Origin: a virus
Length of the DNA stretch: 64,000 bases
IMG/VR virus record: IMGVR_UViG_3300043177_000234
Direction: 5' to 3' (one strand)
Shown: piece by piece, positions 1-7,666 of the stretch
Position numbering within the stretch: the first letter of the stretch is position 1
How the letters are laid out: each line of letters starts with the position of its first letter
Translations under genes and position numbers: made by a program
The notes under the pieces: model-generated
The model's input: only the letters and a program-made list of their open reading frames with translations
Told to the model about the DNA's origin: nothing
Databases searched by the model: none

Positions 1-469
1 TACGCAAAACGTCCTCAATACCGAAACACCAGCGATATTCTTTAATCAACATCGCTTCCTTGGCGGCCTTCATAGCCGAAAGTACGCTTGAGCCGGTATC
101 TGTGGGAGGATATTGCCCGCTAAATTGATCAAGCTCTGTAGCGCGCGAATAAAGATCGATGGCCAGGTTTTGTGAAAAATCCACATCATCACCCAACCCA
201 TCCAGATTGTTTGGGTTGGTTGCCAGCAGCCCGACGATAGCATTCCCCGTACAGGAACCTAGTTTGCCCTGATTTAGGGGCGGAGTGTGGCGCTCCCACA
301 TCTTACTGCGTAGCTCAACAGGATGCCCGTCTAAAATGACACGGTAATCCTTGCTGCGCTCATCGAACTTTACGTGACGACCGAGGCGTCGACTGAATAC
401 TCCTAGCCACCCTATCAGTCGCCCCCACCACGTCTGCAGCTCCGGAATTATTTCTACCACTAAGGACAT
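1..469 (-). CDS. Papain-like (C1 family) cysteine peptidase, runs off the window edge
   Basis: Hand translation from ATG at 469 (GAGGT upstream): MSLVVEIIPE...LNQGKLGSCTGNAIVG...YPPTDTGSSV; QGxxGSC catalytic motif. Not in the ORF track because it is truncated. Confidence 0.75.
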   Translation of the reverse strand, partial: MSLVVEIIPELQTWWGRLIGWLGVFSRRLGRHVKFDERSKDYRVILDGHPVELRSKMWERHTPPLNQGKLGSCTGNAIVGLLATNPNNLDGLGDDVDFSQNLAIDLYSRATELDQFSGQYPPTDTGSSVLSAMKAAKEAMLIKEYRWCFGIEDVLR

Positions 470-617
470 CGCTTACCTCAAAATACCGATTAACTCTGGC
501 ATTGCACCTGTCACAGTGTAACGTGCCGTCCCGGTCATCCGTAATGAATCGCCCAATATACCTGCCATTCTTACATGCCGTACATTGAGCATTGGTTAAG
601 TCTATACTGTCAGACAT
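360..617 (-). CDS. Small zinc-finger-like protein (CxxC...HCxxC)
   Basis: MSDSIDLTNAQCTACKNG...LHCDRC. The 5' part of the listed ORF overlaps tRNA-Ala and the 3' part overlaps the peptidase, so the boundaries are uncertain. Confidence 0.4.
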   Translation of the reverse strand: MSDSIDLTNAQCTACKNGRYIGRFITDDRDGTLHCDRCNARVNRYFEVSDVLSGRNNSGAADVVGATDRVARSIQSTPRSSRKVR

Positions 618-623
618 GATATT

Positions 624-699
624 TGGTGGAGCTGACAGGGATCGAACCTGCGACATCAAGCTTGCAAAGCTTGCGCTCTCCCAGCTGAGCTACAGCCCC
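624..699 (-). tRNA. trnA: tRNA-Ala(UGC)
   Basis: GGGGCTGTAGCTCAGCTGGGAGAGCGCAAGCTTTGCAAGCTTG...GTCAGCTCCACCA; full cloverleaf, G3:U70, encoded CCA. Confidence 0.97.
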
Positions 700-739
700 G
701 TACACACTAGCATCATATCTCTGCGTCAATAGACATTGA

Positions 740-1048
740 CTATATTACCCTACTCTTTTTAACTACAAGATCTTCCCCGCAATCGGGACAGTATAGAAAA
801 TCTTCTCCTTTTAGAATCTTTCTAGCAAAGCTCTTAGCAGCATTCCCGAAGAACCTCTTCGACAACTCTTCAGGCCACGGATGCTCACCTGATTCATAAT
901 GAACCTTTCCGTCCAGATCGATAGTCCACCAACCGCCTGGTAGGAGGAAGAGGTATTCACTGCGAGCTGGAAGAAAGAAATCGGCTCCAAAAGCCAGTTC
1001 TTCTGTTACATGTCCACAGGCGCACGTGAATGTATATTTCTTCCCCAT
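740..1048 (-). CDS. Hypothetical protein with Cys pairs at both ends (possible Zn ribbon)
   Basis: ORF track; CACGH and CPDCG motifs. Confidence 0.6.
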   Translation of the reverse strand: MGKKYTFTCACGHVTEELAFGADFFLPARSEYLFLLPGGWWTIDLDGKVHYESGEHPWPEELSKRFFGNAAKSFARKILKGEDFLYCPDCGEDLVVKKSRVI

Positions 1049-1052
1049 TATC

Positions 1053-1322
1053 TCACCTTCCGTACATAATCAGCTGCATAATGCCCGGTTCTTTCGAAGG
1101 ACCCTCAAGCAGTAGCGTCTTGAGTGCGCTAACCTGCGCGGCACGTTTTGGATAGTCAACCCAACCGGAGTCCCGGTCATATTCCTCTACCCTTTGGAAG
1201 GCGCGCTCAAGTTCTTCACGCTCGTAATCCCAGCCTAAATTAGCATGATATACAAGTGTGAGTGCAGCAAATGTCTCAGGAGCATCACCAAAAAGCACAG
1301 CATTTTTAATTGCTCCAGCCAA
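1053..1322 (-). CDS. Hypothetical protein
   Basis: ORF track, packed in series with neighbours. Confidence 0.55.
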   Translation of the reverse strand: MAGAIKNAVLFGDAPETFAALTLVYHANLGWDYEREELERAFQRVEEYDRDSGWVDYPKRAAQVSALKTLLLEGPSKEPGIMQLIMYGR

Positions 1323-1611
1323 CTTGCCATCGCGCCAATCGCACGCAGCGTCGTTCGAAAATGGTCGCGGCTGGCTTACACCAGCAGACTAAATCTTTGC
1401 CGGCCAGCTCTTTGCGCGCCGACTCAACCAATTCAGGCTGAGCCATGAGCCATTCCTCATATTTGAGTACAGCCTCTTCTCGGGAAGAAACCTTATATTG
1501 CGCAATTGTTCCATCTTTATGAGTAAAAGGGTTGCCCCATTTTGATGGCCGACCAATATACACCGCATCTGCTGCGGCCGTCTTGTGGTATTTATTATGT
1601 ACCGTTGGCAT
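1306..1611 (-). CDS. DUF4326-like phage protein
   Basis: VYIGRPSKWGNPF and LAGKDLVCWCKP motifs; C-terminus may be frameshifted. Confidence 0.8.
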   Translation of the reverse strand: MPTVHNKYHKTAAADAVYIGRPSKWGNPFTHKDGTIAQYKVSSREEAVLKYEEWLMAQPELVESARKELAGKDLVCWCKPAATIFERRCVRLARWQVGWSN

Positions 1612-1829
1612 AGACAAATACCTTTCCGCCCCTACACCTAGCTCGCCAACCCGCATCGCGACATATTTTTAGCTAGTCGCGCAGCATTCTCCGGATCTTC
1701 GAAACCAAGAAAGCGAAATGTTGTGCGGTCACGGTCGCCGGATGGCCGCAGTAGAACCTTGCACGTATCCGCCTGTCGCTGCAAAAACTCTTTACTCAAT
1801 AGGATCGACATCAAATATCTCGTAAGAAA

Positions 1830-1902
1830 TTAGGTCAAGGGGCGCGGTCAGCATTTTTTTCAAAGTGTTGGTTTGACGATAACTGAACCACATCGGACCT
1901 AA
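1830..1902 (-). ncRNA. Y-RNA-like RNA, free-standing copy 1
   Basis: UUAGGUC[C]GA pairs with UUGACCUAA; upper stem UGUGGU-U-CAG/CUGACCGCG; UUAUC follows the upper stem. Confidence 0.75.
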
Positions 1903-1909
1903 ATCAATT

Positions 1910-2275
1910 TCAGAGACTATTGTATTCTCTCAGGGCTCGGCGGAAGAGTGATTCGCGGTGAGGATTCTTAATCTCGAACCGCTTGGATTCCATCTTGCCT
2001 GGGGCCGGATTGAGCGCGAGTACCGTATAGAAAAGATCCGTGTCGGGGTTGCGCTTCAGATAGTCCTCGGCCCAATCGACGAACTTCTGTTCATCCGTGA
2101 AAGCCGCAAAAACTTGATCGATTTTATCACCCTTCATCGTATGAAGGATCGCTGCGAACTGCTCTTCCATTTGTTCTCCTATAATTGGGCTCGGTGGAGT
2201 TGCTCCCGGCCGGCCTTCGTCTGGGTCTACAAGCATAGCTGAACTATACAATCTAGAGCCTGGATTTCTCGACAT
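1910..2275 (-). CDS. Hypothetical protein
   Basis: ORF track; true start probably at MEEQ. Confidence 0.55.
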   Translation of the reverse strand: MSRNPGSRLYSSAMLVDPDEGRPGATPPSPIIGEQMEEQFAAILHTMKGDKIDQVFAAFTDEQKFVDWAEDYLKRNPDTDLFYTVLALNPAPGKMESKRFEIKNPHRESLFRRALREYNSL

Positions 2276-2377
2276 GTAAGAGAGCGCCCAGGCGGCTGCC
2301 TTTTCGAAGTCAGTAAAGATTTGAAATTCGCTGTCTTCTATAGTTAGAGAATTGTCAAATATACAGATTATACTATC

Positions 2378-2539
2378 TCAGGACTGGAGATCTAGTTCTA
2401 GGTCGAAGGTGAATACATGCGGCTCAGCCACCCAATTCTCAAGATACTGCTCTAGCCATCCAGAATCCCCGTTGACGAATAGCCCGGCGGGCACAGTTAA
2501 ACACCCACTCTCATATGCTACTAGGTATACTTGAGTCAT
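2378..2539 (-). CDS. Small hypothetical protein
   Basis: MTQVYLVAYESG... starts just downstream of tRNA-Asn; the upstream part of the listed ORF is the tRNA. Confidence 0.5.
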   Translation of the reverse strand: MTQVYLVAYESGCLTVPAGLFVNGDSGWLEQYLENWVAEPHVFTFDLELDLQS

Positions 2540-2553
2540 GAAATCCTTTAATT

Positions 2554-2629
2554 TGGCTCCGGGAGCAGGGTTCGAACCTGCGACCACCTGGTTAACAGCC
2601 AGACGCTCCACCAACTGAGCTATCCCGGA
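2554..2629 (-). tRNA. trnN: tRNA-Asn(GUU)
   Basis: TCCGGGATAGCTCAGTTGGTGGAGCGTCTGGCTGTTAACCAGG...CTCCCGGAGCCA; canonical cloverleaf. Confidence 0.97.
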
Positions 2630-2808
2630 CCACTAAAATCGTAAGCGTTTATGTACTCGATATCCTCTGGCGTTAGGCACTTCCGCCACAGATATTCTAA
2701 ATGATCGGCGATCAAATCCTCGAGTGCCTCTGGAAACTCAGGCACCCTGCTGCGCATCAGCAGCAGAGCCTTCGTAATCGCTATATACTTTTCCCTGTAG
2801 TTTTCCAT
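2620..2808 (-). CDS. Small hypothetical protein
   Basis: ORF track. Confidence 0.45.
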   Translation of the reverse strand: MENYREKYIAITKALLLMRSRVPEFPEALEDLIADHLEYLWRKCLTPEDIEYINAYDFSGPG

Positions 2809-2981
2809 AAGAAGAGTTGGTCGGCATAGCGTTCACCCTACGACCATCAGGCTCAATATACCAGCAAGTATGCGTTGCCGGTGCCAGCCCTGTGATATGG
2901 GCTTTTCGCTAGCACAGAGTTATCCTAGGTTCTCTGTATTCGCTAGGCACTCACCGCCTTCCGGGGGTGGTAATGAAAACA

Positions 2982-3071
2982 CCGTACACTAGAAGGATTT
3001 GAACCTCCGACCTCGGGCTCCAACAGCATGACGCAATGCCTGCGCTCTCCCAGGCTGAGCTATAGGTACGG
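2982..3071 (-). pseudogene. Degenerate tRNA-like gene with a 19-nt anticodon loop and no CCA
   Basis: D arm GCTCAGCCTGGGAGAGC and T arm GGAGG-TTCAAAT-CCTTC intact; acceptor stem has a bulge; loop ATTGCGTCATGCTGTTGGA. Confidence 0.6.
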
Positions 3072-3339
3072 GCTGCTAGCGGTAATTGAAACTACTTCAT
3101 CGTAAACATCATGATGTGATCGCAGCTGGTTTATTCGGAGAACCTGTCGGGCCCCTCCCCGCTCTAGGTTTTTGTCGTGCGACATGCTGTGTTATTTCCA
3201 AGTAAAATCAGATGTTCTGCATCCTTATTTGTATATGCTTCCGTAACCGTTTCCCAGTTGCAGAATGACTCCACCAAAAAAACATCATCCCTATCGATAC
3301 GCCTAGTTAAAGATGAGAATACTGATGCTTTTTCGTGGA

Positions 3340-3418
3340 TGGTTGCGGGAGCTGGATTCGAACCAGCGATATCGAGCATATGAAACTCGCGAGGACGACC
3401 AGACTCCTCTATCCCGCA
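3340..3418 (-). tRNA. trnM: tRNA with CAU anticodon, initiator-like body
   Basis: TGCGGGA/TCCCGCA acceptor, CGAGT-TTCATAT-GCTCG anticodon arm, ACCA end; lacks the three G-C pairs of canonical fMet. Confidence 0.85.
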
Positions 3419-3425
3419 TCTCTTT

Positions 3426-3501
3426 TGGTGGTGACAGCATGAGTCGAACATGCATAGGCCGGCGTATGAAACCAGTGCACTGCCAATTGTGCTATGTCAC
3501 C
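3426..3501 (-). tRNA. tRNA with CAU anticodon (Met or Ile2)
   Basis: GGTGACA/TGTCACC acceptor, CTGGT-TTCATAC-GCCGG arm, ACCA end. Confidence 0.85.
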
Positions 3502-3739
3502 TCATCATATGGTAATCTTCATTTTCTTCATCTTGCGACCATTGGGACATATACAATGTGCTTTAATGCCACAATCAGCATTGCCTAAAGGGTCTTGCGT
3601 ATAACCGATTGTATTCACCACCCCAGAATGGGGCAAGGCCCGCACATGGGGACTTTAATACCTGGCAGATGGGGAAACAGTAAATTCCTTCCATAAAGAG
3701 GAAGATCTCACATTACTCCTGTAATCTGACCGTGTAGAA

Positions 3740-3815
3740 TGGAGAGAGTAGAGGGGTTCAAACCCTCGGCCTCCGACTTGGAAGGATGGCGCTCTATCAG
3801 CTGAGCTATACTCTC
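3740..3815 (-). tRNA. trnG: tRNA-Gly(UCC), partly degenerate
   Basis: GAGAGTA/TACTCTC-TCCA; loop CTTCCAA; two mismatches in the anticodon stem; T loop TTTGAAC. Confidence 0.75.
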
Positions 3816-3821
3816 ATAAGA

Positions 3822-4207
3822 TTACAGTTCGTACCTAACTTGCCCGCCGTCTGTGAATAACCCTACTCGGGCATATACCTCGAAGGGGATAATTGACTCG
3901 TAACCCTTAGCAAGAAGTTCATTGGAATAGACAGTAGACTTTTTATCTACCGATATCGTAATGTGCGGAATTGCATGATTACTCACAACTCCCATTGGCT
4001 CTACCGCAACAGCTTGCCCGTATTCATCGTCCGTACGCGTAGCCTGATTAGCTGTCCAAGCGGCAGCCCTTCAATCTCCTCATCCTAGGGATTAAAGTTG
4101 ATGGTCATGTGGTGAGCAAAAACCTTGGGGTGCTTAGGGGGAAGGGCGCTAAGTATCGCTGCTCGACTCTCCTCCGGAAGAAATGCCCCTGCGTAAATTA
4201 CCGCCAT
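3822..4207 (-). pseudogene. 2H phosphoesterase (tRNA-ligase CPD-like), broken by an amber codon and a frameshift
   Basis: Hand translation: MAVIYAGAFLPEESRAAILSALPPKHPKVFAHHMTINFNP*DEE.../...DDEYGQAVAV...NHAIPHITISV...SNELL; two HxT motifs; TAG at 4085-4087. Confidence 0.7.
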
Positions 4208-4412
4208 CTACCCACTCCATAAGAATATCGAAGCAATCTTCGCAAAGATCTAGGTCAAACACCTGTTCATCCCTGCGCGACTCGTATCCCCAATATGCAG
4301 TTAAATTGGCATGTTCGTAATTCATCTGACGCCTGCATGACTGTCCGCATCGATCACAAATAATATCCGCTAGGGCTTCAACTACGGTCTCGACTCTGGT
4401 CATCCTCCTCAT
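4149..4412 (-). CDS. Small Cys-containing hypothetical protein
   Basis: ORF track; CDRCGQSC and LCEDCF. Confidence 0.6.
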   Translation of the reverse strand: MRRMTRVETVVEALADIICDRCGQSCRRQMNYEHANLTAYWGYESRRDEQVFDLDLCEDCFDILMEWVDGGNLRRGISSGGESSSDT

Positions 4413-4914
4413 CTACGGGCTCCCGGATATCTCTAAAATGAGCAGTTAGAGCATTTAGTGCAAAAGTACGTATCTTCTGTGGCCAATTATTTTGGCTAAG
4501 TGCGATAGGTAGATTTGCCTTCCATAGTAGGAGCGCATAGGTGCGCGAGGCCGGCAAACCTGTCATATTAAAACTACGCAAGTGTTTTAGTTGTGTGGAA
4601 AAGACTCTCTGAACTTTTCCAATCAGTTTGGGGTCTAAACTCTTTCTTAGCTCGGATTATAAGATCTGGGCCGCCTCAGAGGCTCCAAAAAGATTCAATT
4701 CACTCATGTGCGATAGAGTTTTGTAGCCACCGGAATTACCCGTGTGGTTCTGTGAAATAGGAATACGCTGCCTGTATGTAGATTTACTACAGTGTAACTT
4801 TCTTCGGAAGCTTGAGCGGTCAGAGGCCACAGATCAGTTTCTGAAATAGACTTCCCGAGATTTTTTACTGCAAACTCTGGCACAAAGGTACCGCAGGTCG
4901 GAAGATTTTCCAAT

Positions 4915-5229
4915 TCAATGGCGGGCACTTCTGCTGTATCCGTTCGCAAAATCATCATACGTAGTTCCTGCGCGAGCAACAAATTCCGATAAGTAAAACC
5001 ACCCCATCCGATCTGGGCTGTATCCGGGTGGCATCTGCGGTCGGTCAAGATCTATGCCATAGTAATCGCGTCTTATATTTCCGGAATATAATCGATTATT
5101 TTCCCATAGTAGATCTATGCGGCGCTGAATCTCGGCAGAGATTACTTCAGCTATCTCGGGCACTTCTCTATTATAAACTTTAATTCTAGCCATTAGGTAG
5201 GCAAGCGTCTCTTTACTATAGCACTTCAT
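4915..5229 (-). CDS. Hypothetical protein
   Basis: ORF track. Confidence 0.5.
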   Translation of the reverse strand: MKCYSKETLAYLMARIKVYNREVPEIAEVISAEIQRRIDLLWENNRLYSGNIRRDYYGIDLDRPQMPPGYSPDRMGWFYLSEFVARAGTTYDDFANGYSRSARH

Positions 5230-5236
5230 AGTTAAT

Positions 5237-5366
5237 TGGTGGGGACGGAGGGACTCGAACCCTCATGCTGTTTAGGCGCAGGAATCTTGGCGATTGGTGT
5301 CGGAGTCGAACCAACATATACCTTACCAATCAAATCCTGTGTGTCTACCAGTTCCACCACGTCCCC
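5237..5366 (-). tRNA. trnL: tRNA-Leu(UAG) interrupted at 34/35 by a 44-nt minihelix insert (5288-5331)
   Basis: Removing 5288-5331 gives an 86-nt class II tRNA: GGGGACG/CGTCCCC-ACCA, CAGGA-TTTAGAT-TCCTG arm, long variable arm. Confidence 0.88.
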
Positions 5367-5399
5367 ATACTAATTATTTACGATACATGCGGAGGGCTT

Positions 5400-5831
5400 A
5401 TGGACCTATACTTTGAAGATGTTGACTGCTATATTAGCGTAGAGCCGGAAGATTTCAGCGAAACTTTTGTTGTTGATGCCGAGATTTCCGATGCAGCCGC
5501 TGACCTACTCATTACTGCAAATGAACTTGATGAGGTGGGATTTTCCTCCTTAGCCAATACTATGGACTCCATCCTGATGAAGTTAGCGGCAAAGTATCAT
5601 GGCCGTACAGTTACACTTAACAAGCCATTTAGGACGCCGAAGGGCCCTAAGAAATTCAGCGTATACACTAAAAATGAGAAGGGTAACGTAGTCAAGGTTA
5701 ATTTCGGAGACCCAAACATGGAGATTAAACGCGATATACCGGCTCGCCGTAAATCATTTAGAGCACGTCACAAGTGCGATAATCCCGGCCCCAAGTGGAA
5801 GGCGCGCTACTGGTCATGCAGAATGTGGTGA
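5400..5831 (+). CDS. Conserved large-phage protein with LxxxANELDxxG motif and basic C-terminal domain
   Basis: GGAGG upstream of ATG 5400; C-terminus KPFRTPKGPKKFSVY...NFGDPNM...ARYWSC is recalled from large phages. Confidence 0.7.
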   Translation: MDLYFEDVDCYISVEPEDFSETFVVDAEISDAAADLLITANELDEVGFSSLANTMDSILMKLAAKYHGRTVTLNKPFRTPKGPKKFSVYTKNEKGNVVKVNFGDPNMEIKRDIPARRKSFRARHKCDNPGPKWKARYWSCRMW

Positions 5832-6026
5832 GCTTGTCACTTAAATTCATCGCTCAAATCGTATACCCCCGAAAAACGAATCAGCTCACGTTTCGCGGAA
5901 ATCCCCGCGCGACTCATTCGTAGTTAAAACTTTCTGAGCAGACTCTGGACGAAGCCTCGTTTCAATATGGCGGCCTGCACTGGAGTAATCATCTCCTTCT
6001 CTGTAAATGTCACGGCCATTTTATAC

Positions 6027-6737
6027 TTACTCCTTTACGAGTATAACCTGATGCTGCTCCAGCCATGCATCTGGTAGATGCCGAGGTCGCGCATTGTCCA
6101 AGAAGTGTTTGCGCCAAAAAGCAGTTACCCTCTCCTCCCCCAGATCAGCAACAACCTTGTCTGCCCAACAGTCCATATCCTCGCGAATTCTCGTCTGCTC
6201 TTCAATAAAACCAGCAAGAGCTGCTGTGTTATTGTGCAGATGCGAGGGTAGCTTCGCCCACATTTTTGGGAGGGCATTTGGATGAAGCATCTCAGCTCTT
6301 TCATACAAAGCCTTGGCGATGCGAAGCGACTCGACTACCCGGTTCCATTTCTGCTTATCAATCAGCGCATTTTTGAGAATGGTCTTTTCTGCCTCTGCAG
6401 TGCGCTCATAAGTATCATGGCAGGATACGCAAAGTGCCAGAACGTCGTATCCATTGTGGCGCTTGTACTTTTCCCTGAATGACCTGCGAAAACAGTACGG
6501 CACTACGTGATGGCGCTCTAGATTTTTCTCTGTGCCACACACCACGCATTTACTTGCGCGCGGCAGTAGCTCCACATCGTAACTGACGCCTCGGCCAGCA
6601 TGTTCGAAATTGAGCTTGAACTCCCTATCTGAAATACGAGATGCTAAATTGCGGCCTACATACCACTCCATGCGCTTGCGATCTACATAGGCGAGTGTCT
6701 CGCCTGTATGTGAAATCATTTTGCAGTTGTCGTACAT
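6027..6737 (-). CDS. HNH-like nuclease resembling the C-terminal domain of EXD2
   Basis: YDNC...WY...CVVCG...HHVVPYCFR...HNGYDVLALCVSCH. Confidence 0.75.
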   Translation of the reverse strand: MYDNCKMISHTGETLAYVDRKRMEWYVGRNLASRISDREFKLNFEHAGRGVSYDVELLPRASKCVVCGTEKNLERHHVVPYCFRRSFREKYKRHNGYDVLALCVSCHDTYERTAEAEKTILKNALIDKQKWNRVVESLRIAKALYERAEMLHPNALPKMWAKLPSHLHNNTAALAGFIEEQTRIREDMDCWADKVVADLGEERVTAFWRKHFLDNARPRHLPDAWLEQHQVILVKE

Positions 6738-6756
6738 GGCATCGTCTTTTTGAAAA

Positions 6757-6832
6757 TGGAGCCGGCAACCAGAATTGAACTGGTGACCTCCTGCTTACAA
6801 GGCAGATGCTCTACCTGCTGAGCTATACCGGC
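6757..6832 (-). tRNA. trnT: tRNA-Thr(UGU)
   Basis: GCCGGTATAGCTCAGCAGGTAGAGCATCTGCCTTGTAAGCAGG...TGCCGGCTCCA. Confidence 0.95.
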
Positions 6833-7065
6833 GTAAACCTTACCTCTCTATACTACAGCGCCTAAGGTCGGAGGGCTGCTCCTAAATCCTAGAGAGTGAG
6901 ATCCCAAATCATTATTTTTGCCGTACGTCAGATTGGGAATTGAGTACGAGCAGAGTAGGGCCCGCATTCATTACATAAGTAATAGAGCGGGTTCACCATC
7001 TCATGTTTCCATGTGGCAACTAATCTCTAATCGTAGCCGAAGCCTTAGATTGCATCGAGATTATG

Positions 7066-7196
7066 TGGTGGCCTGAGAGGGACTCGAACCCTCATGCCTG
7101 TGAAGGCGGTTGATTTTTGGTGGAGGATATTGGAGTTGCACCAATCACACCTACGTCCCCCGAGTCAACTGTGTCTACCAGTTCCACCATCAGGCC
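7066..7196 (-). tRNA. trnL: tRNA-Leu(CAA) interrupted at 34/35 by a 44-nt minihelix insert (7118-7161)
   Basis: Removing 7118-7161 gives an 87-nt class II tRNA: GGCCTGA/TCAGGCC-ACCA, GTTGA-CTCAAAA-TCAAC arm, variable hairpin GCCT-TCAC-AGGC. Confidence 0.88.
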
Positions 7197-7393
7197 AAAA
7201 AATCAATCTTTCAACGTCACCTCTGGTTTGCAGAATCTAAGAAAATCCTCTTTCATATATTTCCTGTGCATCTTTCCCAAGTCCGTTCTGCATACTCGTC
7301 GTTTCGGATTCTTCTCAAACCATTCGCACAAACCGGCCCACATTTAATTGGCGTCGCGCTGACCTAGAAGTCCATATACGATAAACATGTTAT

Positions 7394-7666
7394 TCACCAA
7401 TTGTCGTAGTCGGTCACATTCTTTTATTTATCAAAACATCGTACGCTGACGCCCGTGCCAATTGACGTTGGGGCAAAGAGTAGCTACCCCCCCCCCATGG
7501 CTCCAGTATAGGGCCACTTGCCGCCGCCGGTAAGATGCTCAAAATCTTCCGGACTCATTTCCGCCCGCTGTTTTTCGATCAACTCCTGCTTACACTCTTC
7601 GATGAAAGCTTTGGCGGCTTCCAATTCCTTGCCGGAGATGGTGAATGTGCGACTGTTCATATGCAT
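7394..7666 (-). CDS. Conserved phage hypothetical protein, frameshifted near a poly-C run
   Basis: ...YTGAMGGG then, in a shifted frame, ...APTSIGTGVSVRCFD...VTDYDNW*. Confidence 0.55.

Noticed and set aside
3840-3875. Extra Y-like motif GCCCGAGUAGGGUUAUUC
   Set aside because: It lies inside the 2H phosphoesterase reading frame and lacks the bulged stem and UUGAC partner.
5288-5331. Group I intron or archaeal bulge-helix-bulge intron as the explanation for the Leu inserts
   Set aside because: 44 nt is far too short for a group I core, and I could not form a BHB motif at the junctions; the inserts fold as acceptor/T minihelices.
5265-5399. N-terminal extensions of ORFs overlapping RNA genes (also 360-659, 2378-2614, 3164-3451, 8845-8898, 10800-11051, 13028-13285)
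   Set aside because: These are translations through tRNA or ncRNA sequence; better starts with ribosome-binding sites lie outside the RNA genes, or the ORF is spurious.
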